Shown one piece after another: positions 1 through 10,233 of a stretch of 64,000 nt of DNA. The translations under genes were made by a program, and so were the position numbers. The stretch is from Vicinamibacteria bacterium (lineage in GTDB: Bacteria; Acidobacteriota; Vicinamibacteria; Vicinamibacterales; UBA8438): NCBI GenBank assembly GCA_963579735.1, contig CAUZIB010000001.1, forward strand, positions 65,492 to 129,491, written 5' to 3'. The notes under the pieces were generated by a model. It did not search any database. It saw nothing but the letters and a program-made list of their open reading frames with translations, and had not been told where the DNA came from. Numbering within the stretch: the first letter of the stretch is position 1; every line of letters starts with the position of its first letter.

Positions 1-488
1 TACCCGAGGACTTCGGCGACAGGAACGTGGTGTGGAACCTGCGGCACCGCGGTCACCTGTGGTCCATTCCAGGACACCTGCGGTCACCCCACTATCTCCT
101 CGATGCCGTCGACACCGATGCCCGGGGTACCCACGCCGCCGTGATGAAGCTCGAGCCCGACGGACAGGGGTGGCGGGGACGGGATGGCATGGTCCACGGG
201 CCGCTCGCCGCGCGTGCAGGCGAACCGCTCTCGCTCAGTGTGTGGGTCGATCCCGGTCCCCGGCCGCAGAACCTGGTGTGGTGGTTCAAGCATCAAGGGC
301 CTGGGGATGTGACGTTGAGCGCGCGGGAATCGGTGGTTCCGCAGCCTGGCGGTGAGGCTGCGACGACAGCCACCTTCTCGGAGCCGGGTGACTACATGCT
401 GCGTGTGAAGGCCGTCGAGAGCATCGCGACGATCGAGTATCACTGCTGCTGGACGAACGGGTACTTTCGCGTACGGGTCACCCAGTGA
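1..488 (+). CDS. hypothetical protein, C-terminal part (5' end lies outside the window)
   Basis: The frame is open from nt 3 to the TGA at 486-488; the ORF track starts it at an internal GTG at 27. It ends ...IEYHCCWTNGYFRVRVTQ. It lies 43 nt upstream of the next same-strand gene. No family recognised. Confidence 0.45.
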   Translation, partial: PEDFGDRNVVWNLRHRGHLWSIPGHLRSPHYLLDAVDTDARGTHAAVMKLEPDGQGWRGRDGMVHGPLAARAGEPLSLSVWVDPGPRPQNLVWWFKHQGPGDVTLSARESVVPQPGGEAATTATFSEPGDYMLRVKAVESIATIEYHCCWTNGYFRVRVTQ

Positions 489-531
489 CCGATTGCTTCT
501 CCGGAATCCGTGTCCTGCTGAGGAGAGACTG

Positions 532-1983
532 ATGACCCAGCTGTTGACTGGCGGAAAATCCCGTCCCAAAGTGAGGCCGGTTCTCACGCTGTGTCTAGCG
601 CTCGCGGCTGTCGCGGGGTCGGGGCTTCTTGTTCCCGCGTTAGCGCAGCACTCCATCTCCGAGGACGTCACCTTTACCGACGTCACTTTTACGAGGGATG
701 TGAAGCCGATACTCCAGACACACTGTGAAGCCTGCCATCGACCTGGCGCTATCGGTCCGATGGCGCTGTTGACCTACCAGGACGTCCGGCCCTGGGCGCG
801 CGCGATCAAACGGCGGGTGTCGAACCGGGAGATGCCACCGTGGCCCTACGACCGCACGGTCGGGATTCAGGAGCTCAAGTACAACCGGGCACTGAGTGAC
901 CAGGAGATTCAGACGATGGTCGCATGGGTGGATGGCGGCACGCCGGAGGGGGCCCCAGCCGACCTGCCCGCGCCCATCGTGTGGCCGAACTACAGCGATT
1001 ACTGGGAGCTCGCCAGGGACCTCGGCCCCCCCGATTTCACCGTGACGACGGAACCGTATGTCGTGGCGGCGAACGGACTCGACCAGTGGTTTGACTCGAG
1101 CGTGCCGATCGAGGGTTTGGAGGAAGAGCGATGGATACGCGCCATCGAGATTCGCCCCAGCACACCCAAGGCGGCGTATGTCTTCCATCACGGGAACTCG
1201 AGCCTGCTGCAGACCGTCGACGGTGAAGCGGAGCGCAACGGGCTGATCGCCGCCGCGGTCGGCAAGATGTACGACCTTCTTCCGGGTGACTCGGGCATGC
1301 GCATCGTGCCTGGCGCCAAGGTCGAGAGCGGGATTCACTATTTTCCGGTGGGCGAGGAGATCCTGGCGACGATGGACATCGGAATCTACCTCTACCCGAA
1401 AGGCGAGGTACCTCGCTACGTGACGGCAGGGGCACGGACACTCCAGGCTGACAACACGACCTCGAGGACGCAGGGACCCTGGACGAAGATCAGCCCGGTG
1501 GACGCGGGTGGCGTCAGGGCCGTCGACATCTTTATTCCGCCCCATTCGACCCAGATGGTCCGTGGCACCTGGGTCGTCCAGCAGCCTACCCGGATCCATA
1601 GTGTCCGCGGACATATGCACCTCCGGGGGAAGTACCAGACGATCGAGGCGATCTATCCCGATGGTTATCGGGAGGTGCTGAGCAAGCTCAACTGGCAGCA
1701 CCGGTGGCACACGACGTTTCTGTATGACGATCATGTTCAGCCGCTGCTGCCGAAGGGGACGCTGGTCGTGCTCACCTCGTTCTTTGACAACACTGCTGAC
1801 AACCCGGGTAATCCCGACCCCGACCAGCTCGTCGTATTCGGCCGCCGGAGTGTGGATGAGATGTCCCATGTCTGGATTGGCCGCACGTTCTTCGAGCAGG
1901 AGGAGTTCGACCGCCTCGTCGCCGAGAGAGAAGAGCTCCTACGGAAGCGGGCACAGGCGACACAAGAGGGCGGAGGGCAGTAG
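532..1983 (+). CDS. exported c-type heme motif protein with a PHM/DBH-like (copper type-II monooxygenase-like) C-terminal region
   Basis: Within ORF 493..1983, the ATG at 532 is preceded by GAGGAGAG. It has an N-terminal hydrophobic signal-like segment (LTLCLALAAVAGSGLLVPALA). There is a single CxxCH (HCEACHRPG) followed by REMPPW. Later motifs are VFHHGN and VRGHMHLRGK. The family resemblance is from memory. Confidence 0.6.
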   Translation: MTQLLTGGKSRPKVRPVLTLCLALAAVAGSGLLVPALAQHSISEDVTFTDVTFTRDVKPILQTHCEACHRPGAIGPMALLTYQDVRPWARAIKRRVSNREMPPWPYDRTVGIQELKYNRALSDQEIQTMVAWVDGGTPEGAPADLPAPIVWPNYSDYWELARDLGPPDFTVTTEPYVVAANGLDQWFDSSVPIEGLEEERWIRAIEIRPSTPKAAYVFHHGNSSLLQTVDGEAERNGLIAAAVGKMYDLLPGDSGMRIVPGAKVESGIHYFPVGEEILATMDIGIYLYPKGEVPRYVTAGARTLQADNTTSRTQGPWTKISPVDAGGVRAVDIFIPPHSTQMVRGTWVVQQPTRIHSVRGHMHLRGKYQTIEAIYPDGYREVLSKLNWQHRWHTTFLYDDHVQPLLPKGTLVVLTSFFDNTADNPGNPDPDQLVVFGRRSVDEMSHVWIGRTFFEQEEFDRLVAEREELLRKRAQATQEGGGQ

Positions 1984-2173
1984 ATTCCGCCCCGCCCCGA
2001 AGGAGGAGCACCATGGGAGCCTCGCAGGCGCCCTTATCGGTGCGGCCGTTGTGTCCGTCGGCCCCGGAGTACGGACGGCGTTGGTCTCCCGCCGCCACCC
2101 CGACCAGCGCAGCGTCTGAGGCCTGCACCACCGAATCACCCCATGTGAGCTGGGGCCACGAGGAGCGAATGCG

Positions 2174-3823
2174 ATGCCGCGAACCCTGACCGCCCTGTTT
2201 CTTTTCGGTCTACTGGTCTGGAGCCTGGAAGACAGACCACGGGCCCAGGCGCCGACGGTTACCGACGGCGAACGTGCCGAGTGCGAGGCGCTGCTGCTGA
2301 GCCGGAATCTCACGCTGACTTACGCCGGGATCGCGACGACCGGTGACGACACCGCCTACTGCTACGTCAAAGGCATTCTGCCACCCGCCATCGGCTTCCA
2401 CGTGCAGTTGCCGCTGCCCGGGCACTGGAACGGGCGGTTCCTGAAGTGGGGCGACGGCGGCAAGGATGGCGACCTCGACTTCGCGGATGCCCGCGTGGCG
2501 GAAGGCTACGCGACGGCCAACAGCAACATGGGTCATGACAGCGGGGCCGAGCCCGGGTCCTCGTTTGCCTGGAACAACCGACAAGCGGAGATCGACTTCG
2601 GCTATCGCGCCGTGCACCTGACCACGGTGGCCGGTAAGACCCTGGTGCGGGCCTACTACGGCGGCGCGCCAGAGTACTCCTACTTCGAGGGTTGCTCCAC
2701 CGGCGGGCGGGAGGGGTTGATGGAAGCCCAGCGGTATCCGGATGACTTCGACGGCATCGTCGCCGGAGCGCCGGCCAATCACTACCAGGACATGAACGCG
2801 GTGCGGGTCTGGCTGTTGCAGCGGATGTTCCGCGACGATTTCGAGGGGGCACTGGCGTTCGATAGCGACGGCGACGGACGGTTCGACAGCATCCGCAAGA
2901 TGGACCTGCTGGCCGACGCGGTGCTGGCCAAGTGTGACCGTAACGACGGTGTGAAGGACGGGGTCATCGACGACCCGCTGAGCTGCGACTTTAACCCCGA
3001 GCGCGATCTCGCCGATCGACGGTGTGCGGGTGATGTCGATGCCGACGGCTGTTTCACCACCGCGCAGGTCCAGACGGTTCGTGACTTCCACAACGGGCCC
3101 AGCGACAGCCTGGAACGACCGATCTACTCGGGCAAGCCAACCGGGTCCGAGCGGGGCTGGACGCGGCTGTTCATCCCCTACACCGGTAACCGGTTCAACC
3201 CGGGCGCGGTCGGGCTTGGCGGCGATCATCTGAACTACCTGTTCTATGACGAGGACCCCGGTGTGGCGCCGGCCAACATGCTCGATCCATCGACCCGGAT
3301 CGACCGGGAGGCGACCCCGCCCCAGTGGGCCTGGTGGAACTTCGACATCCAGGATGTGCCGGCCGGCAAGGGTGACGTGATGCGTCAGATCACCGACGCC
3401 GTCGATCCGGACCTGACCAGGATGCTCGTCGACAATGACGCGAAACTGCTGCTCTATCACGGCTGGGCCGACGCGCTTGTCGTGCCGCAGCCAACGCTGG
3501 CCTACTATCACGACATGGTGGACGAGACGTTCGGTGGTGACATCGCCGCCGCTCGAGAGAAGGCGCGGCTGTTCATGGTGCCGGGTATGGGGCATTGCCG
3601 CGGTGGGGCTGGGCCCGATACTTGGGACCGTCTGCAGCCGCTTGTCGACTGGGTGGAGCGGGGCACGGCTCCGGACGCGCTCATCGCAACGCATCAGACC
3701 AACGGGCAGGTCGACAACGAGCGTCCTATCTGCGCGGTGCCGCAGCGCGCTGTCTATACGGGTCCGGCCGGTAGGGCCGATGATCCGGTAAACTGGGTGG
3801 CGGCGAATTTCACATGTCGATAG
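2174..3823 (+). CDS. tannase/feruloyl esterase family alpha/beta hydrolase (secreted)
   Basis: 549 aa ORF with a signal-like N-terminus. It carries the family signature YFEGCSTGGREGLMEAQRYPDDFDGIVAGAPA (GCSxGGR nucleophile elbow) and a C-terminal MVPGMGHCRGG. Confidence 0.8.
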   Translation: MPRTLTALFLFGLLVWSLEDRPRAQAPTVTDGERAECEALLLSRNLTLTYAGIATTGDDTAYCYVKGILPPAIGFHVQLPLPGHWNGRFLKWGDGGKDGDLDFADARVAEGYATANSNMGHDSGAEPGSSFAWNNRQAEIDFGYRAVHLTTVAGKTLVRAYYGGAPEYSYFEGCSTGGREGLMEAQRYPDDFDGIVAGAPANHYQDMNAVRVWLLQRMFRDDFEGALAFDSDGDGRFDSIRKMDLLADAVLAKCDRNDGVKDGVIDDPLSCDFNPERDLADRRCAGDVDADGCFTTAQVQTVRDFHNGPSDSLERPIYSGKPTGSERGWTRLFIPYTGNRFNPGAVGLGGDHLNYLFYDEDPGVAPANMLDPSTRIDREATPPQWAWWNFDIQDVPAGKGDVMRQITDAVDPDLTRMLVDNDAKLLLYHGWADALVVPQPTLAYYHDMVDETFGGDIAAAREKARLFMVPGMGHCRGGAGPDTWDRLQPLVDWVERGTAPDALIATHQTNGQVDNERPICAVPQRAVYTGPAGRADDPVNWVAANFTCR

Positions 3824-3897
3824 CGAAGGGCCGATCGGATTCTGCGTGGCAAGTCTTTGAGCACAGAAGGGCGCCGATGCGACAGCCGCTGGCGTGC

Positions 3898-4080
3898 CTA
3901 CTGATCCCGTAGCTTGAACACGTACAGTGCGTTCCCGGTGCGCGGATACCGCACGTCCGGTGCCAGCAGGTTCGGCACGTTGCGGGGGCTGCCGCCGCCG
4001 AGCCCGGTCGTCACCGCCACGTACTGTTCGCCGTCGACGCCGAAGCTGACCGGGAACCCCTGCACCGATGTGGCAGGCTC
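3898..4080 (-). pseudogene. C-terminal remnant of a PQQ-dependent (methanol/ethanol-type) dehydrogenase
   Basis: ORF 3898..4221 ends QGFPVSFGVDGEQYVAVTTGLGGGS...TGNALYVFKL, which is the last propeller-blade signature of PQQ alcohol dehydrogenases. The roughly 500 aa that should precede it are absent. Confidence 0.55.
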
Positions 4081-4239
4081 ACAGTCAACGTGTCGGGGCA
4101 TCCGGATGCTCGCCACACAGAGCTCGTGTGCCTTGCAGGTCAAGAGATACACGTGACCACATCTCAGTCGGCGAACGCCCTCGTCCCCAGCAATGTTGTC
4201 TCTCGTCGAGGTTGGTGCCACGCGGTCAGGAGAAGATCT

Positions 4240-5790
4240 ATGAGTTGGTATCTGGTGCGACTTGCGGTCTGCGCTGGGCTCCTAATCACTCCGTGGGGAG
4301 CAGACGCACTCTCGGCGCAGGAGCGCGAGTTCATCGTCGCCAACGACAATCAGGAGCCGGCCGGCGAGCTGCGAGACGGCCTGTTGACGCTGCGGCTGGA
4401 GCTGCGCAACGGCATCTGGCATCCTGAGGGTGAAGAGGGCGAGGCGATTCCGGTCTATGCGTTTGGCGAAGCGGGAAAGCCGCTCCAGGCTCCGGCTCCG
4501 CTCGTTCGCGTGCCGCAGGGCACGGTGGTCGAGCTCTCCGTGCGCAACACGCTCGCCGTGCCAAGCAACCCCGCATGGTTTGGACGAGCGCCCGAAAAGT
4601 GCCGGTGAGGTCGTGACGGTGCCGCCGCGAGCGAAGCACGCAGCGCGGTTTGAAGCTGGCGCACCCGGGACCTATTTGTACTGGGCGTGGACTTCCGATG
4701 GCCAGTGGGGCAATGGCCGGGCCGCGGACGCGCTGACGGGCGGCGCGCTCGTGGTCGACGCGCCCGGTGCGCCCACCGACGATCGCATCTTCGTGCTTGA
4801 GCGTTGGCAGCAAGCGACGCGCACAGCCATCAATGGGAAGTCCTGACCGTTCACCGAGCGCCTCAACTACGACGTGGGCGAGACTGTCCACTGGCGACTG
4901 GTCAACGCCTCCCAGCTCAGCCACCCCATGCATCTCCACGGTCTGCACTTCACTGTCGATGGCGTGGGTGACCGCGAGCACTTCCGTACCTACGACCCCG
5001 CTGAGCGCCCCCTGGTGTCCACGCACAATGTCGAGGCTGGCGACACGTTCGAGACGGACACGCGGGGCCGGGTCTTGCTGGCCCACCAATCGTCCTCGAG
5101 CAAGGCATGCCGGCGGAGATCGCCGTGGTCAACCAGCTGGGTGTCGAGACGGCCATCCACTGGCATGGGATGGAGCTGGAGAGTTACTACGACGGAGTCC
5201 CGCTCATCGCGGGGATTGGCGGAATGAGGGCGCCTCCCGGGGGGCCCGGGGAGACATTTGTGGCGCGGATGGCACCACCGCGCGCGGGAACGATGGTCCA
5301 CCACAACCACTGGCACCGCGCCCACCAGCTTACGGGCGGGGTGCACGGCGCGTTGATCGTGATGCCGGCGGGACAGATGCACGATCCTGCGACCGACAAG
5401 GCATTCGTGTTCAGTCAGAGCCCGGCAGATCCGTTCGACGCGGCGATGCTCCTGATGAACGGCACCCCGCAACCACCCGGAATGGAACTTGCGACCGGGA
5501 CGAAGCACCGGTTCCGGTTGATTAACATCACGCCGTCGGTGGCGAGCCTTCGCGTGTCGCTGAGCCAGGCCGGTGTGCCCGTGGAATGGCGCGCAGTGGC
5601 CAAGGATGCCGTCGACCTCCCAGCCTCTCATGCGACGATGAGGCAGGCGGACCTGCAGGCCTCAGTCAGCGAAACCTATGACTTCGAGTTCGAGGCGAAC
5701 GCTCCGATGGAGCTGACACTCGAAGGCGTGCAGCCCAACAACGGCCAACGTATTGTGCAGACCCTTTTCTTCACCGATGCACCGAGGTAG
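4240..5790 (+). pseudogene. multicopper-oxidase-like locus, disrupted (frameshifts, in-frame TGA, missing domain parts)
   Basis: Start MSWYLVRLAVCAGLL (signal) at 4240 in frame 1. Frame 2 takes over near 4600 (GTYLYWAW, INGKS). An in-frame TGA at 4844-4846 is followed in the same frame by PFTERLNYDVGETVHWRLVNAS..HPMHLHGLHF. The sequence returns to frame 1 near 5060 with PPIVLEQGMPAEIAVVNQLGVETAIHWHGMEL...GTMVHHNHWH and runs to the stop at 5790. No HCH...GM C-terminal copper site is seen. Confidence 0.6.
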
Positions 5791-5820
5791 CCTCTGATTC
5801 GCCTGCCTAGTGCACCGCCG

Positions 5821-7059
5821 TCAGTCTTGGACGAACACAGTTCCGTGAGGAAACGCCGGTCCGGTTGGCCCGTGTGGCCATGCCGCGCGATCGAAACTCA
5901 CGCCAGCGCGGTCGCTCTCGTTGCCCCTGAAATCGTCGTCCAACGTGATCTCGCCGGTGGAAATATCAAAATCCACCATCCACATACGCGGCTCGCCTCC
6001 TTCGTGATTCACGACGACGATCCGTTGTCTTCGATCGTCGAACGCCAGCCAGTGTGGCGCCTGACGTTCGTCGAACTGGAGCCGGCTCACTTCGAACGGC
6101 TGCGTGGGATCCGACACGTCGAGAACGACGACCCGACGAGTTTCGCTTGTGGTTTGGACCCAAAACCTGCCAACGCGCAACGGCACCGCGCAACCGCGCC
6201 CCTCGAACTCGTGAATCAGTTCTGCGTCAAAGGAGTCGACGTCCAGGCCACCAACGAGATAGAGACCGCATCGGGCGGTGACCACAAGCACCGTGGAACC
6301 GTCCTCCAAGACGCGAGGCTCATACGGCATGAGATGCGCGTCGCTCCCATCCGGCGAGCTCAGAGCAGCGGTGGCCAAAAGGGTGAAATCGGTCAGGCGC
6401 CACAGCTGGATGTGAAACCCGGCTGGTTCGTTCGCAAAGTTGTCTCGGCGCGAATCCCACCGAGCGAGCCCCATTTGGCCGGAAGTGGTGACCAGTCGGT
6501 CATACGCGGGCACCACCGCGAGGCTGTATGGGCGAACGACGTTCCCGGGCACGCTGGCCGTCTCGGCGCTCGCCCAACGCGTCACCGTCCCGTCGTCTGC
6601 GAATTCCGCAATCCCACCGGGCGGCTGAAAGGTGCCGTCGAGCGCGTGCATCGCAGCGACCACATTTCCGGTCGCCAGACGTTCCAGACTGTGCGGATAG
6701 GCAAGGGTGGACGGCAGCTCGACGGCACCCGCCAGTCGAGGTCGGAGAGGATCCGCCAGGTCGAACCGAAACAAACGATTTCCATTGAAACCGCTCGCGA
6801 AGAGTGTGTGTCCTTCCGTGAAGGAGTGTTCGACATGATGCGGGCGGGTGGAACGCTCACCGACGGGCAGACTGGCCACGACCCTTCCGTAATGCGGAGA
6901 CTGTGGGTCGACGTCCACAATCGCAAGAAAATCGCTGTGTTCGCGGTCGGCATCCCCGCTCCAAGCGGCGAGATAAGAACGTTGAGCCGTGGCCACGGAT
7001 CCGCACGCAAGCACCAGAAACACCACACCGGTCGCTACTACTAAGAGTCTCATTGTCAT
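5821..7059 (-). CDS. selenium-binding protein (SBP56)/methanethiol-oxidase-like beta-propeller, secreted
   Basis: 412 aa with a signal peptide (LVVATGVVFLVLACGSVATA). DFLAIVDVDPQSPHYGRVVASLPVGERSTRPHH and NRLFRFDLADPLRPRL align by eye with the SBP56 motifs DYLATVDVDPKSPQY..HH and SRIYVVDV..PRAPKL. Confidence 0.6.
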   Translation of the reverse strand: MTMRLLVVATGVVFLVLACGSVATAQRSYLAAWSGDADREHSDFLAIVDVDPQSPHYGRVVASLPVGERSTRPHHVEHSFTEGHTLFASGFNGNRLFRFDLADPLRPRLAGAVELPSTLAYPHSLERLATGNVVAAMHALDGTFQPPGGIAEFADDGTVTRWASAETASVPGNVVRPYSLAVVPAYDRLVTTSGQMGLARWDSRRDNFANEPAGFHIQLWRLTDFTLLATAALSSPDGSDAHLMPYEPRVLEDGSTVLVVTARCGLYLVGGLDVDSFDAELIHEFEGRGCAVPLRVGRFWVQTTSETRRVVVLDVSDPTQPFEVSRLQFDERQAPHWLAFDDRRQRIVVVNHEGGEPRMWMVDFDISTGEITLDDDFRGNESDRAGVSFDRAAWPHGPTGPAFPHGTVFVQD

Positions 7060-7539
7060 CCCCGATCGTCGCTTTCACTACATACTGAGCGGACCGCGCA
7101 GGACCTGACGGGACCGTTCCCACGCGTCCGATAGGAGAATCGCTCCAGCAGCTCCAAGAATCAAGGTTGGCTCGATGGCGGGCGCGAGCTGATCGGCGGC
7201 CGGCCACCGGGGCGACCCATTCCCGTAAAGATGAGCTCAGGTGTCCACCAAATCACAGCAACTCAAGATTCGGTCCAGTCTCGTTTCAGGGGGTCACTGG
7301 AATAACTTATTCTCGCAGCTTCTCGCAGACTCAGTAAGCTGATTCCAAGCCTCGTTCGGCTGTCGCTGATCGGAATTCACCTCGGGCCTGGTTAACGAAG
7401 AAATTCCCTGATTGTCGCATTGATAAACGCCACGTCTTCTGGAGACGATCCTCCTCCTGCCATCGGTTTTCGTATACCCAGCCGGACGAGCTCGGGCACC
7501 CGGCAGGCATGTTTGCCAACGAGCGCGTCTGTGAGCATG

Positions 7540-7735
7540 TCTACCTTGGCCCAAACTTGCCCGAGGAGACACGCGGGTATTTCATGCCGTTTCTCGACCG
7601 ATGCAGTCGTCATTGCGCGCCGACGAGAGGCCCGCGATTCACGTGTTCACGATTCGTGAGGCGAGCGCCTCGAATGTCGGCTCTGCGCGGATCATGGAGA
7701 AGTGTGGCTTCACTCGGGAGGGAGCGAGGTGCTGC
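7540..7735 (+). pseudogene. GNAT N-acetyltransferase remnant (frameshifted, truncated)
   Basis: The frame of ORF 7601..7912 reads RPAIHVFTIREASASNVGSARIMEKCGFTREG, the C-terminal GNAT/RimJ-like motif (N..S.rv.EKcGF..EG). The preceding part is in another frame (YLGPNLPEETRGY). No intact start or end. Confidence 0.4.
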
Positions 7736-8061
7736 TCGTGGGCCAGGCGCCAGGGGATTGGGAGCCAAACTGGGTCGGCCGTTTGCATGGACCCGGCCGT
7801 GGGCTCTTCCGATGGTTCCATGACGGTACTGGTCTGGACGAGGCCGAGTTTCGATCGTCCCGTCCCGCACATCGGCGGGCTCCATCATCACTACGAGCGG
7901 CGCGCCGCATAAAATCGTCGAGGGCGAAGTATCGCGTGACAGATACGAGCAGATGCGAAGGGACCTGGAGACCTGATCCGGTCGATGTCCGGTCTGGACA
8001 ACCGACCCGCGGGTGGCACGATGTTCTCCCTGGGACGCGAGGAGACGCATCGTCAGGTGCG

Positions 8062-8586
8062 GTGTTCGACCCAGAGCGCAGGAACCGGTTCGCGCTGTGG
8101 AGGGTCTGGGACGACGCGGTCACGCGCCGGATACTGTTTATTGGGTTGAACCCGTCGACGGCGGACGAACGCGTCGCGGACCCGACCCTTCGGCGATGCA
8201 TCGGGTTCGCGATGAAGGCCGGCTTTGGCGGTCTGTTCTTGGGGAACATCTGCTCGTTCAGGAGTCCGGAACCGTCCCGGTTGCCGGTGCGCGACCAAGA
8301 GTCGGAGCGCAACTACGCCGCTCTATGCCTCATGCATGTGGCCTCGCACCAGGTGGTGGCGGCGTGGGGCGCGCACACGCTGCCGACCGGGGCCAAAGCG
8401 GTCAGGGAGCGCATCGAGGCGTGGCCCGACGTCATGTGCTTCGGCGAGACCAAAGGCGGTCACCCGAGGCACCCCCTGTATCTTCGGAGCGACACAGCGA
8501 TGCGTCCCTGGCACTGCCAAGGCACCGCCTGTTCCTCGGCGAGTGCGACATCGCCACTCGCGGCGAAGGCAACAGCTCTAGCATAG
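8062..8586 (+). CDS. DUF1643 domain protein (start uncertain)
   Basis: ORF 7702..8586. Only the last ~175 aa look protein-like: AVFDPERRNRFALWRVWD..ILFIGLNPSTADERVADPTLRRCIGFA..GGLFLGNICSFRS..VVAAWG..GHPRHPLYL, which is the DUF1643 pattern. The first in-frame candidate start is the GTG at 8062. An out-of-frame ATG at 8021 could be the ancestral start. Confidence 0.6.
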   Translation: MFDPERRNRFALWRVWDDAVTRRILFIGLNPSTADERVADPTLRRCIGFAMKAGFGGLFLGNICSFRSPEPSRLPVRDQESERNYAALCLMHVASHQVVAAWGAHTLPTGAKAVRERIEAWPDVMCFGETKGGHPRHPLYLRSDTAMRPWHCQGTACSSASATSPLAAKATALA

Positions 8587-9372
8587 TGCACCATCGCTGT
8601 CGTCACGCAGAACAGCTCTTGGTTCTCGGGTAGGTCCTGGTCGATGATCTCTGACCATTTGCCGAAGCGGATGTAGACGTGTTGCTTCAGGGAGACGAAG
8701 CCTTCGAGCCAGCCTGCCATGGGAGGGGACTCGACCACCATCAGCTCCTCTGGCAGGGTTGGAGATCATCTCCTCAGCGGTGTCGGTCGCCGTCCGGTAC
8801 TGACCGAGGAACATGGCGCTGTAGATCCTGAAGTGGTAGTCGTGGCAACGATACAGCGAGTAGAAGTTGATTGCGCCCTCTCGCTCGAGGAACTTGCGGT
8901 CCGACACGATCGCTTCGTGGTTGGATGAGACGACGGTCTCGTAGTGGCCGCACAGCTCGTAGATGTGCGAGGGCAGGCGGTGGAGATGACCGGCGTCGGG
9001 CACCAGTGAGCGCAGCGCATCACCGGCGCTGAGCGCACGTTGGGGGTGGGGTGACATTGCCATCAGATGGATGTAGATGTGCAACAGACCAGGATGTTCC
9101 ATCGCTCCTAAATGTGTGAGTGCCGTTTCGAGAACTCGAATGGCTTCCTCGGTGTCGGCGCCTTCGGCTGGCTCGCCGGTCTCGAGATCCCACAGCTGCC
9201 ATGGTATGCGGTTCATGATCGCTTCGCGGAACAGCGTGACAACATCGAAGTCCTCGCGGTGGTCGGCGTAGACCGTGCGCATCGCTTCCGCGAAGTCGTC
9301 ATTCCAGTGCGACATATCGTCGGCGGGAATCCGAGAAGGGTAACGAGGTGCCGAGGTCGTAGGAGTCGCTCA
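8460..9372 (-). pseudogene. TPR-like protein family gene (HPGLLHxYIHxMEMS family), at least 2 frameshifts, internal deletion and 3' truncation
   Basis: Three frames together read MSDSYDLGTSLPFSD / MSHWNDDFAEAMRTVYADH..HPGLLHIYIHLMAMSPHPQRAL..PDAGHLHRLPSHIYELCG..INFYSLYRCHDYHF / WLEGFVSLKQHVYIRFGKWSEII..ELFCVTTAMVHYARAVAFAASGD. The expected N-terminal ~120 aa and C-terminal ~200 aa are missing. The 3' end overlaps the DUF1643 ORF antisense. Confidence 0.6.
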
Positions 9373-9584
9373 TGGCGTCTAGTGCGACCTTGCTCCATTC
9401 GATCTTCTTGTGTCGGACGTGCTGCTGGGCCACACTCCAGCCATTTCCGGGGTGATCGTACGAGCCGATGTGCTCAACGCGAAAAGCCGAGGAGGCGCGC
9501 GCCGACCACTCGCTCAGGCCGGCGGGCACTCGCTTCTGCTGTGAGGAGGGTGGCTTGGGAGGAAGGACTGGGTCGAGACGCACG

Positions 9585-9930
9585 ATGACCGCCGAGGATT
9601 TCAGGCGTATCGCCCTCGGCTTCGACGGGGGGGAAGAGGGAAGCCACATGGGAGCCACCGACTTCCGGGTGGGAGGGGGAATCTTTGCCACGCTGGCGTC
9701 GATCTCCGAGGGGTATGGCAACCTGATGTTGACTCCGGAGCAGCAGGCTGACTTCGTGGCCGAGCAGCCCGACGTCTACGTGCCCATCAAGGGAGGATGG
9801 GGACGGATGGGGATGACGCACATCCGTCTCGAGGCCGCCCGCGGAAGAGATACTCACCGACGCGCTTCGGACCGCGTGGCGGCTCCGCCTGGCGGAAGAA
9901 CACGCGGCCGGGGTCGAAGGGGCGCACACC
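9585..9930 (+). pseudogene. MmcQ/YjbR-family protein, 3' frameshift/truncation
   Basis: MTAEDFRRIALGFDGGEEGSHMGATDFRVGGGIFATLA..GWGRMGMTHIRLEAA runs in the frame of ORF 9468..10028. The expected tail EEILTDALRTAWRLRLAEE is in the +1 frame from about 9842 and then runs into the antisense of the next fragment without a nearby stop. Confidence 0.5.
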
Positions 9931-9936
9931 ACGAGC

Positions 9937-10233
9937 CTAAGGCAGTCGACTCACCCGCGCGGTCGTCCCGGGGCGGTTCACCCGCAGCTCCGGGGTGGGC
10001 GCCGTGGTCGTGGCGGACGGGTAGGTAAGCAGATATTGCGCCGACAGCTCCCGGGCGATACCGGTCACTCGATCGATGATCTCGTCGGCGGACGAGACGA
10101 TCTCGAACCGGCCACCCGAGGCGGCGGACAGACCGCCGAAGCCGTCCAGCGCCACGTTGGTGACCGACACCCCGCAGAATATCGTCCCGGTGTCGACTAG
10201 CCGCTCGGCCAGCTCGTCGACACCACCCTCCAC
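9937..10233 (-). pseudogene. C-terminal fragment of an acidobacterial-type VWA domain protein
   Basis: 98 aa ORF reading ..LSAASGGRFEIVSSADEIIDRVTGIARELSAQYLLTYPSA...ELRVNRPGTTARVSR. This matches the tail pattern (qYlLgY.p ... v.v.rpg..vr.R) of VWFA-related proteins. The VWA domain itself is missing. Confidence 0.45.

Noticed and set aside
520-537. A 17-nt identical string GAGGAGAGACTGATGAC at the start of gene 532..1983 and, in reverse complement, at the start of ORF 41610..41912.
   Set aside because: It consists of an RBS plus ATG. A single 17-mer match within 128 kb of two-strand sequence is roughly what chance allows, and there is no extended similarity on either side.
640-1869. Very long antisense or off-frame ORFs opposite real genes. 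Examples: 640..1869(-), 2210..3694(-), 5827..7044(+), 17653..18462(+), 25828..27018(+), 57898..59016(+), 61975..62976(+), 41077..41535(-).
   Set aside because: These are typical shadow ORFs of high-GC DNA. Their translations are Arg/Pro/Gly/His-rich with no recognisable motifs, and each is fully covered by a strongly supported gene on the other strand or frame.
532-1983. Possible functional pairing of the PHM-like heme protein (532-1983) with the PAL-like NHL propeller (61837-62973), as a split bacterial peptide-amidating system.
   Set aside because: The genes are about 60 kb apart on opposite strands with no shared neighbourhood. Both family resemblances are loose, so there is no evidence of linkage from this window.
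4844-4846. In-frame TGA in the multicopper oxidase as a possible selenocysteine or recoded codon.
   Set aside because: The position aligns with a conserved Trp (NGKxWP), so TGG to TGA is the simplest reading. The same gene has additional frameshifts, and I saw no SECIS-like hairpin immediately downstream.
7392-7613. Minus-strand ORF (73 aa) in the low-GC region upstream of the GNAT remnant.
   Set aside because: No recognisable motif. It overlaps the plus-strand GNAT-like fragments and has weak coding-like composition. It is probably antisense noise within decayed DNA.
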